A model generated the notes under the pieces. That model was not told the DNA's origin, searched no databases, and saw only the letters and a list, made by a program, of their open reading frames with translations. Made by a program: the position numbers and the translations under genes. DNA of 52,214 nt, from the NCBI GenBank assembly GCA_017481265.1, contig JAFUPK010000033.1, positions 1 to 52,214 on the forward strand, read 5' to 3'. Positions 1 to 9,071 of this stretch are shown here, piece by piece (position 1 is the stretch's first letter; each line of letters begins with the position of its first letter). This DNA is from Clostridia bacterium (GTDB lineage Bacteria; Bacillota; Clostridia; Oscillospirales; CAG-272).

Positions 1-981
1 ACCTGTGATATTGAAGGGACGGAGGTCAACGAGCATAAGGTGGTTATCGGTACCGCCTGAAACGAGACGGAAGCCCTCTTCGATCATAGCATCGGCAAGA
101 GTAGCCGCATTTTCTACGAAACGTCTCAGGTAATCGCGGAATTCTTCTGTAAGAGCCTCACCGAAGGCAACAGCCTTAGCAGCGATGATGTGTTCAAGGG
201 GACCGCCCTGAGTTCCGGGGAACACAGACTTGTCGATCTGCTTGGCAAGCTCCTCTGTACAGAGGATAAGACCGCCACGGGGACCGAGGAGAGTCTTATG
301 AGTAGTGGTTGTAACAACATGAGCATGGGGAACGGGACTCGGATGAACGCCTGCGGCAACGAGACCTGCGATATGAGCCATATCTACCATGAAGTAAGCG
401 CCGACCTCGTCAGCGATCTCACGGATACGCGCGAAGTCGATAACGCGAGAGTAAGCAGAAGCGCCTGCAACGATGAGCTTCGGACGGCAACTCTGAGCTG
501 TCTCACGGATCTTATCGTAGTCGAGCATCTCAGTCTCATCGTCTATGCTGTAGGGAACGATATTGAAGTACTTACCGGAGATATTAACGGGAGAACCGTG
601 GGAGAGGTGACCGCCGTGAGCGAGGTTAAGACCCATTACGGTGTCACCGGGATTAACGAGAGCGAAGAAAACTGCGAGGTTAGCATTAGCACCGCTGTGG
701 GGCTGAACGTTTGCGTGCTCTGCACCGAAGAGCTTCTTTGCGCGTTCTCTTGCAATATTTTCAACAACATCGACGCACTCACAGCCGCCGTAGTAGCGCT
801 TTCCGGGGAGACCCTCGGCGTACTTATTGGTAAGGGGAGTACCTGCGGCAAGAAGCACCGCCTTAGATACGATATTTTCGGAGGCGATAAGCTCGATATT
901 ATGCTGCTGACGGCGGAGCTCAGCGTCACAGGCGGAAGCGACCTCGGGGTCGTAATTTTTCAGTTCGTCAAAGAAGTTCAT
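1..981 (-). CDS. glyA: serine hydroxymethyltransferase (C-terminal end cut by the window edge)
   Basis: Reverse translation from the ATG at 981 gives [14 protein letters not shown]...[14 protein letters not shown]. The PLP-lysine motif [16 protein letters not shown] lies around 270-330. The listed + ORF 190-987 is its antisense shadow. Confidence 0.93.
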   Translation of the reverse strand, partial: MNFFDELKNYDPEVASACDAELRRQQHNIELIASENIVSKAVLLAAGTPLTNKYAEGLPGKRYYGGCECVDVVENIARERAKKLFGAEHANVQPHSGANANLAVFFALVNPGDTVMGLNLAHGGHLSHGSPVNISGKYFNIVPYSIDDETEMLDYDKIRETAQSCRPKLIVAGASAYSRVIDFARIREIADEVGAYFMVDMAHIAGLVAAGVHPSPVPHAHVVTTTTHKTLLGPRGGLILCTEELAKQIDKSVFPGTQGGPLEHIIAAKAVAFGEALTEEFRDYLRRFVENAATLADAMIEEGFRLVSGGTDNHLMLVDLRPFNITG

Positions 982-1139
982 TATTAGGATTTCCTTTCGC
1001 AGATCGGTAGTTCTACCGAATATGTAATATGATATATTGTACCATATTTTAAAGATAATATAAATAGATTTATAAAAAATCCCGTCGAAATTTTGCACGA
1101 AAAACGCGGGAGATTTTTGTGTTGTCTTATGGTATAAGT

Positions 1140-1400
1140 CAACTATGGCCGTAATAGATGTGCCCCTACGCTCACGCTTACAGCAATAAATGTTTTCAAA
1201 AGCGTTCGTTTTTCGCCATGTCAAGTGCGGTTCTTCCTTACGCTATGGCTGTAATTTTTTTGTAAGACACCATCTCTACTTGCTTCGCAAGTAGGGACGC
1301 CTGAAGTTTTCTTCGCTCGTTCCTCGCTCATCTTCCTTGGCTTCTTTTCAACTTTTGTTGGCTACGCCAACAAAAGTTGAAGGAAATTCTTGCGTTCATC
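1140..1400. repeat. hairpin-rich intergenic block built from short palindromic modules
   Basis: Perfect 15-nt-arm hairpin TCAACTTTTGTTGGC-TAC-GCCAACAAAAGTTGA, hairpin CTACTTGCTTCGCAAGTAG followed by GGGACGCC, and direct repeat CTATGGC(C/T)GTAAT. The modules resemble those in the repeats at 12292-12490 and 36693-36833. Confidence 0.5.
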
Positions 1401-1418
1401 CGCTGACGGGTGGTATGC

Positions 1419-1444
1419 AAAAAGACACCCTAAGGTGTCTTTTT
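1419..1444 (-). terminator. rho-independent terminator (bidirectional shape) after the SLH gene
   Basis: AAAA-AGACACC-CTAA-GGTGTCT-TTTT directly abutting the stop codon at 1443-1445. Confidence 0.7.
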
Positions 1445-1832
1445 ATGAAAAGGAGTAAGCACAATCCTGTCGTTTTATTGGATCGTTAGGCTTAAATGTA
1501 CCGTCGGAATATCCCGTGATGATTCCTTGCGTACTTGCCCATCTAACAGCACCGGCACACCCGTCTCCCGCAGCAATATCCGAAAAGCCAGTACTCACGT
1601 TATTGGACAAAGTCAAGCCTTCTATTTTCACTATAGCGTTTGCCATTTCCCCTCTTGTGATAGTCTCGCTTGTACCTACACCTGACCTTGTGTCAGAAAG
1701 AATACCGGTATTATACGTAAAATCAACGTAGTCAACTGCCCAGTGATTTTTACCTATTGCTGATATCGAAAGAGTGAGTGCCAATGTTGTTATCAAGATC
1801 GCAGTGATAACTTGTAATGTTTTGAATTTCAT
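1443..1832 (-). CDS. small secreted or anchored S-layer-homology (SLH) domain protein
   Basis: ORF 1443-1916. GGAG lies 8 nt upstream of the ATG at 1832. N-terminal hydrophobic signal MKFKTLQVITAILITTLALTLS. SLH-like repeats are present (WAVDYVDF..., GFSDIAAGDGCAGAVRWASTQGIITGYSDGTFKPNDPIKRQD). Confidence 0.7.
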   Translation of the reverse strand: MKFKTLQVITAILITTLALTLSISAIGKNHWAVDYVDFTYNTGILSDTRSGVGTSETITRGEMANAIVKIEGLTLSNNVSTGFSDIAAGDGCAGAVRWASTQGIITGYSDGTFKPNDPIKRQDCAYSFS

Positions 1833-1940
1833 AAATGTTACTCCTTTTTTTGATACTTTCTTCATAATTTTATTCGTTCTTTCTGTTATATTTACTTCAT
1901 TCCACATCGGACTCACCTCACATTCGTTCCTTTCAGTTTA

Positions 1941-2855
1941 TCACTCCATTCCGCAGAACAGAGCATCCAAACGCACCCATCTTTCATATACACTTTCTTC
2001 GGGGTCTATTTCAAGCGAGTACTTTTCATCGGTATCCTCACCGTAAAGTCCATCTAAATCATAATCAAACTGTTTAGAAGAGGGATCGTTCTCAATGACC
2101 ATATCGTAGTTTTTCTTTATGAATGCTTCGAGTTCTTCGCGTTCCATTCCGAGCTTGAGAACGATATCCGAAACGGGAAGTCTCGGTGCATCAGCGATAT
2201 CTATCCCCATTTTTTCGGCATACATAATATTGAGCTCTCCCGTAAGAGTTGCGTAATTTCCTATTCTTGAGCTGTCCCCCTCACGTGCTTCCCAATCGGT
2301 AAAGTACTCCTCTATCAAAGCTTCATCTTCCGAATACAGGACATCTGCGTCGTACTCCGCTTTAACAAGAAAAGTGAGTTCTTCAACAAATTCTTCTTTT
2401 GTTATATTAAAATCCCGAAGAAATTCTATAATATTAAATCCTACGGTTCGGCAAATGTCTACACCGGGATTATTTGTCATATCCCATTTTTCCTCAAACC
2501 ATTCGTCGACCTTCTCCGCTCCGGCTTTATTCGCAGCATAGGTTGAGAGCTCCAGAGGAATAGAGTGATAGCTGTTGTGATGCACCTTACACATACTGTT
2601 TTCCCCTCCGCCGATTGCACTATCCGTCTGTGCAGGACCCGTTACCGTCACGGTAGTCTCGGGTAAGTTCGCGCTTTCGTTCCTGTTTGCCACGTATGGA
2701 ATCACAGCCGCGGCACCGATCACGAGCACAAGGCACGCCGCCACTGCCGTCATCTTCATATATTTGCTCTTCATATTATTTCTCTCCTTTCGCTTTGTTT
2801 TTTCACTTTCGATCTTTGCTTCTATATCACGCGCCCATTCTTCACAGGTCTTCAT
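1941..2855 (-). CDS. putative anti-sigma factor; single-pass membrane protein with an unassigned extracytoplasmic domain
   Basis: It overlaps the stop of the upstream ECF sigma gene by 14 nt. The ATG at 2855 is preceded by GGAGAGG. One TM segment (MTAVAACLVLVIGAAAVIPYV) is followed by a ~230-aa acidic domain with no motif I recognise. Confidence 0.55.
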   Translation of the reverse strand: MKTCEEWARDIEAKIESEKTKRKERNNMKSKYMKMTAVAACLVLVIGAAAVIPYVANRNESANLPETTVTVTGPAQTDSAIGGGENSMCKVHHNSYHSIPLELSTYAANKAGAEKVDEWFEEKWDMTNNPGVDICRTVGFNIIEFLRDFNITKEEFVEELTFLVKAEYDADVLYSEDEALIEEYFTDWEAREGDSSRIGNYATLTGELNIMYAEKMGIDIADAPRLPVSDIVLKLGMEREELEAFIKKNYDMVIENDPSSKQFDYDLDGLYGEDTDEKYSLEIDPEESVYERWVRLDALFCGME

Positions 2856-3408
2856 ATACAAATCCTCTCCTTTCAAGCTCCCCTTTCAGCGAGAGCCGTG
2901 CTCTGTGTGCCAGATTTCCGATCTGCTTTACGGTCTTTTTCATTATAAGACCGATCTCAGCATAAGACAGCTCTTCAAAATACAGAAGGTGAAGAACCGA
3001 GCTGTATTCCTCAGGGATGGCTTTCATTGCCGAGAGAAGCTCTCGTTTCTGCTCATCCTTTATTACCCGTTCTTCAAGCCGTAGCTCATCCGCAAGCATA
3101 TTTTCCGCTTCATCTATGGGAAGCGAGCTGTGTTTCTTTTCACGCCGTACATAGTCAATTGCCTTATTTCGCGCTATTGTGAAAAGATAGGTTTTCACGG
3201 TAGCTTCTCGTCTGAATCGCTTTGGCTCGAGGACTATTTCGCAGAAGGTATCCTCCATCAGCTCCTCAGCCACGCTGAGATTATTGACATAGCGGTTGAT
3301 GAACAGCACGAGCTTTAAGCCGTAGAGGCTGAGCAGCTCGCGGAGTGCATCTCCGTCGCCGTTTATAAATCTTGTAAATATCGCGTCAGTGCAGTCAATC
3401 TCCTTCAT
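2842..3408 (-). CDS. ECF-type RNA polymerase sigma-70 family factor
   Basis: Region 2 (TYLFTIARNKAIDYVRR) and region 4 HTH (EELSYAEIGLIMKKTVKQIGNLAHRARLSL) are present. The start is chosen at MKEIDC (ATG 3408, AGGAG upstream) rather than the ORF-track start at 3510. Confidence 0.85.
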   Translation of the reverse strand: MKEIDCTDAIFTRFINGDGDALRELLSLYGLKLVLFINRYVNNLSVAEELMEDTFCEIVLEPKRFRREATVKTYLFTIARNKAIDYVRREKKHSSLPIDEAENMLADELRLEERVIKDEQKRELLSAMKAIPEEYSSVLHLLYFEELSYAEIGLIMKKTVKQIGNLAHRARLSLKGELERRGFVYEDL

Positions 3409-3521
3409 CGGCACCACTCCTTTCCTTGTTTTTTCGTTTTGGAACCTGCCGGCTTTGGTCCCTTCATCTATTAGTCGCAGGAGAAGTAAAAACTTCTCAC
3501 TTGATTTCAAACTTATTTTTC

Positions 3522-3558
3522 AAAAAACATATGTCTCACGAAAACCGTGAGACATATG
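3522..3558 (-). terminator. rho-independent terminator closing the sugar/ogt operon
   Basis: 13-bp stem CATATGTCTCACG / CGTGAGACATATG, followed on the minus strand by TTTTTT. It lies 3 nt after the ogt stop. Confidence 0.8.
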
Positions 3559-3560
3559 CG

Positions 3561-4019
3561 TTAATATTTGACCCCTTCTATCTCAAGAAGCAGGCGTTTC
3601 AGATCAAGCCCTGCGGAAAAGCCTCCGATGTTGTCCTTCGCCACTACTCTGTGGCACGGCACGGCAACAAGGATCGGATTTGCGCCTACCGCTCCTCCAA
3701 CCGCACGGGCACCGTCTTCACAGCCTATCATATCCGCAAGCTCGGAATAGGTGACAGTCTCACCGTAAGAAATACGCATCAAAGCCTGCCATACCTTCAA
3801 GCGAAAGGGAGTCGCATTGGGGTGAGAATCAAGAGAAATGGGGAATGTAATTTCTTTGCGGCATCTGCCGAAGTATTCTTTGAGCTGTCGGCAAGCTTCC
3901 GCTGTTACAGCACATGGAAAATCAAAAGGTGCACTGCCGCGACGTATCTCGGTTACGGCAAATCCATCCGAAACCACCGTCATCGGAATGCCCGCGGCAG
4001 AAAGATTCTCGTAATACAT
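3561..4019 (-). CDS. ogt: methylated-DNA--protein-cysteine methyltransferase
   Basis: Active-site PCHRVV motif and a GANPILVAVPCHRVV context. The ATG at 4019 overlaps the nagA stop (TGATG), so the start is set there and not at 4043. Confidence 0.85.
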   Translation of the reverse strand: MYYENLSAAGIPMTVVSDGFAVTEIRRGSAPFDFPCAVTAEACRQLKEYFGRCRKEITFPISLDSHPNATPFRLKVWQALMRISYGETVTYSELADMIGCEDGARAVGGAVGANPILVAVPCHRVVAKDNIGGFSAGLDLKRLLLEIEGVKY

Positions 4020-5206
4020 CAGACCGTGCGGACTCCGCGGCACCAGACGCCCTTGATGTTTATATCATCATCGAAAAGCACGAGATCCGCATCAAAGCCC
4101 ACTGCAACTCTTCCCTTTCGGTCAGCTACACCGATCTCGCGTGCAGGATTCTCCGTGAGCATCATTACCGCATCGTGGAGAGCGACATTTGCCTTTTTCG
4201 TCATGGTACGGATAAGTCTGTCAGCCGTACATACGCTTCCCGCAAAGGAAATCCCGTCGGGCATATGTGCGATTCCGTCGAACACGGACACGAGCTGACC
4301 GCGCTTAAGACTTCCGAGAAGGTAATCGCCGTCGGGCATTCCCGCACCTCTCATTGCGTCGGTAACAAGTACGATGCGATCTTTACCCTTGGTCTTTACG
4401 ATAAGCTTCAGAAGCTCCGGCGGCAGATGGAGGCCGTCGGCGATAACCTCCGCGCAGATCTCATCGTGGAGAAGCGATGCTTCAAGAAGCCCGGGTACTC
4501 TGTATCCGTTTTCGCGGATGATCGTTGACATACTGCTGTAAAGGTGGGTCGCCATGGTATAGCCTGCGTCGATGGCACGGACAACGTCCGCGTACTTCGC
4601 ACTGCTGTGACCTGCTGAGAAGATGATACCGCTTCCCTGAAGTGCCGCACACATCTCGTCCGCACCCTCAAGCTCGGGAGCAACGGTCCAGATAAGGAGA
4701 TCACCCTTAGCGGCATCAACGATCTCTCGCCAGGAGCCGTCTGCGGGAATTTTGATATACTTCGGATCCTGCGCGCCTGCCTGTTCGGGAGCGACAAAAG
4801 GACCTTCAAGGTGGAGTCCGAGAATCTCGGGGAGTTTTTCGGCATCTGCAGATTTTTTCACTTTTCTCGCCACATCAAACACCTCACACAGCTCTTCAAG
4901 TTCTGCTGTGAGAGTAGTAGGCACCATCGACGTCGTTCCGTGAGCCATATGGGATGCCATAGCACCGCGGAAAGCTTCCTCTGTGCCGTCCATAAAGTCG
5001 TGACCTCCGCCACCGTGCACGTGGATGTCGATAAATCCGGCAGAAAGGTAGCATCCCCCGCCGTCCACGGTCTCGTGCACTGCAGGAAGTATCATAGTAC
5101 CATCCGTGGAAACGAACTCGATCTTTCCGTCAAACACGAGAACAGCCGCATTGTCGAATATGCCCTCGCTTGTGACGAGCTTTACGTTATTTATAAGTGT
5201 TCTCAT
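4019..5206 (-). CDS. nagA: N-acetylglucosamine-6-phosphate deacetylase
   Basis: 395 aa of the amidohydrolase fold, with a GFIDIHVHGGGGHDFMDG metal-binding motif typical of NagA. It is adjacent to nagB. Confidence 0.85.
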   Translation of the reverse strand: MRTLINNVKLVTSEGIFDNAAVLVFDGKIEFVSTDGTMILPAVHETVDGGGCYLSAGFIDIHVHGGGGHDFMDGTEEAFRGAMASHMAHGTTSMVPTTLTAELEELCEVFDVARKVKKSADAEKLPEILGLHLEGPFVAPEQAGAQDPKYIKIPADGSWREIVDAAKGDLLIWTVAPELEGADEMCAALQGSGIIFSAGHSSAKYADVVRAIDAGYTMATHLYSSMSTIIRENGYRVPGLLEASLLHDEICAEVIADGLHLPPELLKLIVKTKGKDRIVLVTDAMRGAGMPDGDYLLGSLKRGQLVSVFDGIAHMPDGISFAGSVCTADRLIRTMTKKANVALHDAVMMLTENPAREIGVADRKGRVAVGFDADLVLFDDDINIKGVWCRGVRTV

Positions 5207-5210
5207 ATTA

Positions 5211-6689
5211 TTAAAGTGTAACTCCGTCCTTGAAGATGGAGATGCCCTTCATATTTTGCTTCTCGTTGTTTGTTTTGATCTCGCCGGAGGCAAGCGCCAT
5301 AACGTAATCGAAAAGATCTGCACCGCAGGCGGCTATATCTCCCGTTTCGCAGACTACTCCTGCGTTAAAGTCGATCCAGGTAGGCTTCTTCTCGGCAAGG
5401 GGAGTATTTGAGGAAATCTTTACTGTGGGAACGGGACATCCAAAGGGTGTTCCTCTGCCCGTGGTAAAGAGGACGAGATGTGCACCGGATACAGCAAGAG
5501 CCGTAGATGCAACGAGGTCGTTACCGGGGGCACTAAGAAGGTTAAGTCCCTTTACGGTAACGGGATCGCCGTACTCCATTACTGCCTTTACAGCGGCAGT
5601 ACCGCACTTCTGCGTGCATCCGAGGGATTTATCCTCAAGGGTGGTGATACCGCCCTTCTTATTTCCGGGAGAAGGATTCTCGTAGACCACCTGACCGTAG
5701 CGGATGAAATATTCCTTGAAATTATTGATGAGCGAAACTGTCTTATCGAAAAGCTCACGGTTCTCGCAACGCTCCATAAGGAGAGTTTCAGCGCCGAACA
5801 TCTCGGGAACCTCGGTAAGAATGGCAGTTCCTCCGCCATAGACCAGCATATCTGAAAATACGCCGACTGCAGGATTTGCTGTGATTCCGGAAAATCCGTC
5901 GGAGCCGCCGCACTTGAGGCCAACGATAAGCTCCGACGAGGGAATATCCTCGCGAACGTCCTTAGAAGCGATGTCGCAAAGCTCACGGACGATAGCAAGG
6001 CCGTCCTCGATCTCATCGGTTACGTCCTGGCAGTTGAGGAATCGTACTCTTTCGGGATCAGTCTCGCCGAGGATCTTACGAAACTCGTCAAGGTTGTTGT
6101 TTTCGCAACCGAGTCCGAGAACGAGCACGCCGCCTGCATTGGGGTGATGTACAAGACCCGCAAGTGCCTTCTGTGTGTTGAGATGATCTCCGCCGAGCTG
6201 TGAGCAGCCGAAGGGATGAGTCAGCGCAAACACACCGTCAACTGAGCCTAAAACAAACTTTTCGGCTTCCTTTGCGATGATCTCCGCAGGAGAATTTACG
6301 CATCCAACCGTGGGGATGATCCAGATCTCATTGCGGATACCAGCCTTACCGTCCGCTCTGCGGAAGCCCTTGAAGGTGGCACTTTTGCCTTCTTTTTCGG
6401 GAATTTCAACGGGATCATACTTGTACTCAAGAATACCGTCAAGATTTGTCTTGGTATTGTGTGTATGTACCCATGAACCGGGAGTGATATTCTCCGTAGC
6501 ATGACCGATTGGCGAGCCGTACTTAATTACATTCTCTCCCTCTTTTATATCGGCAAGCGCAAATTTGTGTCCTGCGGGAATATCGGCTGTAAGTGTTACC
6601 CCGAGGGCTTCTTCCCCTTCAGAAAGAGGAAGAAGAGCCACAGCTACGTTATCTATAGGTGATATTTTTACAAATTTCATTTTGATCAA
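5211..6689 (-). CDS. uxaA: altronate dehydratase (UxaA family)
   Basis: The N-terminus KFVKISPIDNVAVAL...AGHKFALADIKEGENVIKYGSPIGHA...VHTHNTKTNL closely matches my recollection of E. coli UxaA. The length (492 aa) is typical. The start could be 6689 or 6680. Confidence 0.88.
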   Translation of the reverse strand: MIKMKFVKISPIDNVAVALLPLSEGEEALGVTLTADIPAGHKFALADIKEGENVIKYGSPIGHATENITPGSWVHTHNTKTNLDGILEYKYDPVEIPEKEGKSATFKGFRRADGKAGIRNEIWIIPTVGCVNSPAEIIAKEAEKFVLGSVDGVFALTHPFGCSQLGGDHLNTQKALAGLVHHPNAGGVLVLGLGCENNNLDEFRKILGETDPERVRFLNCQDVTDEIEDGLAIVRELCDIASKDVREDIPSSELIVGLKCGGSDGFSGITANPAVGVFSDMLVYGGGTAILTEVPEMFGAETLLMERCENRELFDKTVSLINNFKEYFIRYGQVVYENPSPGNKKGGITTLEDKSLGCTQKCGTAAVKAVMEYGDPVTVKGLNLLSAPGNDLVASTALAVSGAHLVLFTTGRGTPFGCPVPTVKISSNTPLAEKKPTWIDFNAGVVCETGDIAACGADLFDYVMALASGEIKTNNEKQNMKGISIFKDGVTL

Positions 6690-6703
6690 AAACCTTTCTT
6701 ATA

Positions 6704-8191
6704 TTATACAGACGCCTTGACAGCAGCTTTCATAGCAGCCGCCGTTCCCTCCTTGCGGATAAGCGTGAGCATTTTATCGGCTGTCTCAACGAATCCCTGT
6801 ATTTTTGTGAGATCCTGTCCCCAGAAGGACTCATTAGCAGCAAAGAGCTCAATTATGTTGTCCTTTTCTCCGTTTTCAGCGAAGAAATCTATAACAGCCT
6901 TATCGTCTGAGATCTTGTAGCTGACTGTCTCACCATTTCTTTGGCGGGTACCGAAGAAACCTTCGTCGGTCAACTTGCCTCTTGAATAAAACTCACATAG
7001 GGATGCAAATGACATTGTAAGACACGAGGGAAGCTTTCCGTTTGCATTAAAGCTGTCAAGAACCGACGGAAGAACTCTCGCCTTCCACTTGGAAACGGAA
7101 TTAAGGCATATTGATATAAGCTCGTGGTCGATAAAGGGATTTTCAAATCTCTCGCAAACGGAGTCCGCAAACGCCATCACATCATCCTTCGGAAGTGTGA
7201 GTGTAGGCATGATCTCGCCGTAGATACAGCGGTCGATAAAGGGACGGATCACGTCGTCAGCCATACAGTCGCGGACTATATCCTGACCTGCAAGGAACGC
7301 CGCAGGAACAAAGGATGTATGAGCGCCGTTGAGGATACGCACCTTTCTCTCACGGTAAGGCTTCTGATCGTTCGTAAATACAACGGGAAGTCCTGCAGTA
7401 TCAAGGGGAAGTACACGTCTTGCTCTGTCTGTATCGGAAGCCTCAATTACCCAAAGGGCAAAGGGTTCACAAATGTCAAGAAGATTATCAGAGTAACCGA
7501 GCTTCTCGCAGATAGAGTCAGCCTCCCCCGCTTTTCTCGGGTATCCCGTTACGATACGGTCAACGAGGGTACTTGTGAACATACACGCTTCGTTTACCCA
7601 GCTTACAAAACCATCCTCAAGCTTCCACGCTTCGCAAAGCTTCAACACACACTCCTTTAGCTTTCCGCCGTTGTTTTCGATAAGCTCAACGGGGAAGATA
7701 ACAAGTCCCTTTGACATATCTCCGCCAAAGGCTTTGTAGCGTGCATATAGGAATTTTGTCAGCTTTCCGGGATATGTCGCGGGAGGAGCAGCCTCAAAGC
7801 TGTCGCCTGCATCGAAAACTATACCTGCCTCGGTAGTATTGGAAATAACAGCCTCAAGGGTATCAAGGGATGCATAAGCCATAAACCTTTCGTAATCGGC
7901 ATAGGCAGAAATGACCTCACTGACACTTGATACTACGTAAGGCTCATCAACAGTAGCTCCGTCCTCCTTTCCGCGGAGGAGCACCGTATAGATACTGTCC
8001 TGCTCGGAAAAGAATTTCATAAGAGGCACATTGATCGGCTGAACGACAGCAACGCTTCCGTTATATACTCCCGAACGATTTGCACGGTCGATCAAATAAT
8101 CCGCAAAGGCACGAAGAAAATTACCCTCTCCGAACTGGAGTACACGAACAGCACGTCCCTCTTTTTTTATTGTTTCTTTGATATTCTTCAT
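6704..8191 (-). CDS. uxaB: tagaturonate reductase (altronate oxidoreductase; mannitol dehydrogenase family)
   Basis: RVLQFGEGNFLRAFADYLID...VAVVQPI matches the remembered UxaB N-terminus (IIQFGEGNFLRAFVDWQID). The start is set at MKNIKE (8191) and not at ORF-track 8224. Confidence 0.85.
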   Translation of the reverse strand: MKNIKETIKKEGRAVRVLQFGEGNFLRAFADYLIDRANRSGVYNGSVAVVQPINVPLMKFFSEQDSIYTVLLRGKEDGATVDEPYVVSSVSEVISAYADYERFMAYASLDTLEAVISNTTEAGIVFDAGDSFEAAPPATYPGKLTKFLYARYKAFGGDMSKGLVIFPVELIENNGGKLKECVLKLCEAWKLEDGFVSWVNEACMFTSTLVDRIVTGYPRKAGEADSICEKLGYSDNLLDICEPFALWVIEASDTDRARRVLPLDTAGLPVVFTNDQKPYRERKVRILNGAHTSFVPAAFLAGQDIVRDCMADDVIRPFIDRCIYGEIMPTLTLPKDDVMAFADSVCERFENPFIDHELISICLNSVSKWKARVLPSVLDSFNANGKLPSCLTMSFASLCEFYSRGKLTDEGFFGTRQRNGETVSYKISDDKAVIDFFAENGEKDNIIELFAANESFWGQDLTKIQGFVETADKMLTLIRKEGTAAAMKAAVKASV

Positions 8192-8267
8192 ATGTCCTCC
8201 AAAAAACTCAATCGGCACCCTCATCAGAGGGATGAGAGTGCCGAGATCTTGGCGAAAGAGTATTAAC

Positions 8268-9038
8268 TTATGCGCGTGTGATAGTGTAAGACTTGCCTTC
8301 TGCGGGACGGATCTTTGCCTCGTCTACCTTAGAGAAGCTGTCCTCATCAACGAAGAGCGCAAAATCGTCGTGACCCTTCATGATGGTTGCGGGAATGAGG
8401 TTTGTCTTGTCATTCTCAAGAGTTTTCTGAACAGCATCAGCCTTAACAGCATAGGGAACGCAGGAAACGATCTTCTCGCACTTGAGGATCTGGTAAACTG
8501 TCATGGAAACAGCCTGCTTCGGAACATCGTCGATAGTAGCGAACCAGCCCTCGCCGACCTGCTGCATCTTGCAGGTATCGTTGAGGTTTACGATGATATA
8601 AGCTTCCTCTGTATCGAAGTCTGCCGGCGGATCGTTAAACGCGATGTGCGCGTTCTCACCGATACCGATAAGACCTACATCAATGGGAGCACGGCGAAGC
8701 TCTGCTGTAAGACCCTCGATGCACTCGGGAGTACCGTCTACGAGGAAAGCAGCCTTAAGGTTTATCTTGCTGATAAATCTCTCCTTGAGGTACTTGCGGA
8801 AGCTTGCGATGTGAGTTTCGGGGAGATCAACGTACTCGTCAAGGTGGAACATTGTTACCTTAGACCAGTCGATGTCGCGCTCGATAAGGGGCTCGAGAGT
8901 TGTGAGCTGAGAAGCACCGGTGGAGAGGATGATACGAGCCTCACCCTTCTTAGCGATAGCATCATTGATAAGCTCTGCGATATAGTCTGCGGCATTTACG
9001 CCAAGGGCCTTTGCGTCTTTGCTTACTACGATTTTCAT
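8268..9038 (-). CDS. nagB: glucosamine-6-phosphate deaminase/isomerase
   Basis: 256 aa. The STGASQ and FHLDEYV motifs place it in the NagB/6-phosphogluconolactonase fold. nagA is in the same operon. Confidence 0.75.
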   Translation of the reverse strand: MKIVVSKDAKALGVNAADYIAELINDAIAKKGEARIILSTGASQLTTLEPLIERDIDWSKVTMFHLDEYVDLPETHIASFRKYLKERFISKINLKAAFLVDGTPECIEGLTAELRRAPIDVGLIGIGENAHIAFNDPPADFDTEEAYIIVNLNDTCKMQQVGEGWFATIDDVPKQAVSMTVYQILKCEKIVSCVPYAVKADAVQKTLENDKTNLIPATIMKGHDDFALFVDEDSFSKVDEAKIRPAEGKSYTITRA

Positions 9039-9071
9039 GGTATATGATTTCCTTTCAGAATAATAATTTAT

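Noticed and set aside
190-987. The 265-aa + strand ORF overlapping the start of the window.
   Set aside because: It is the antisense shadow of glyA. The reverse frame gives an unmistakable serine hydroxymethyltransferase, whereas the + frame protein is low-complexity and has no motifs.
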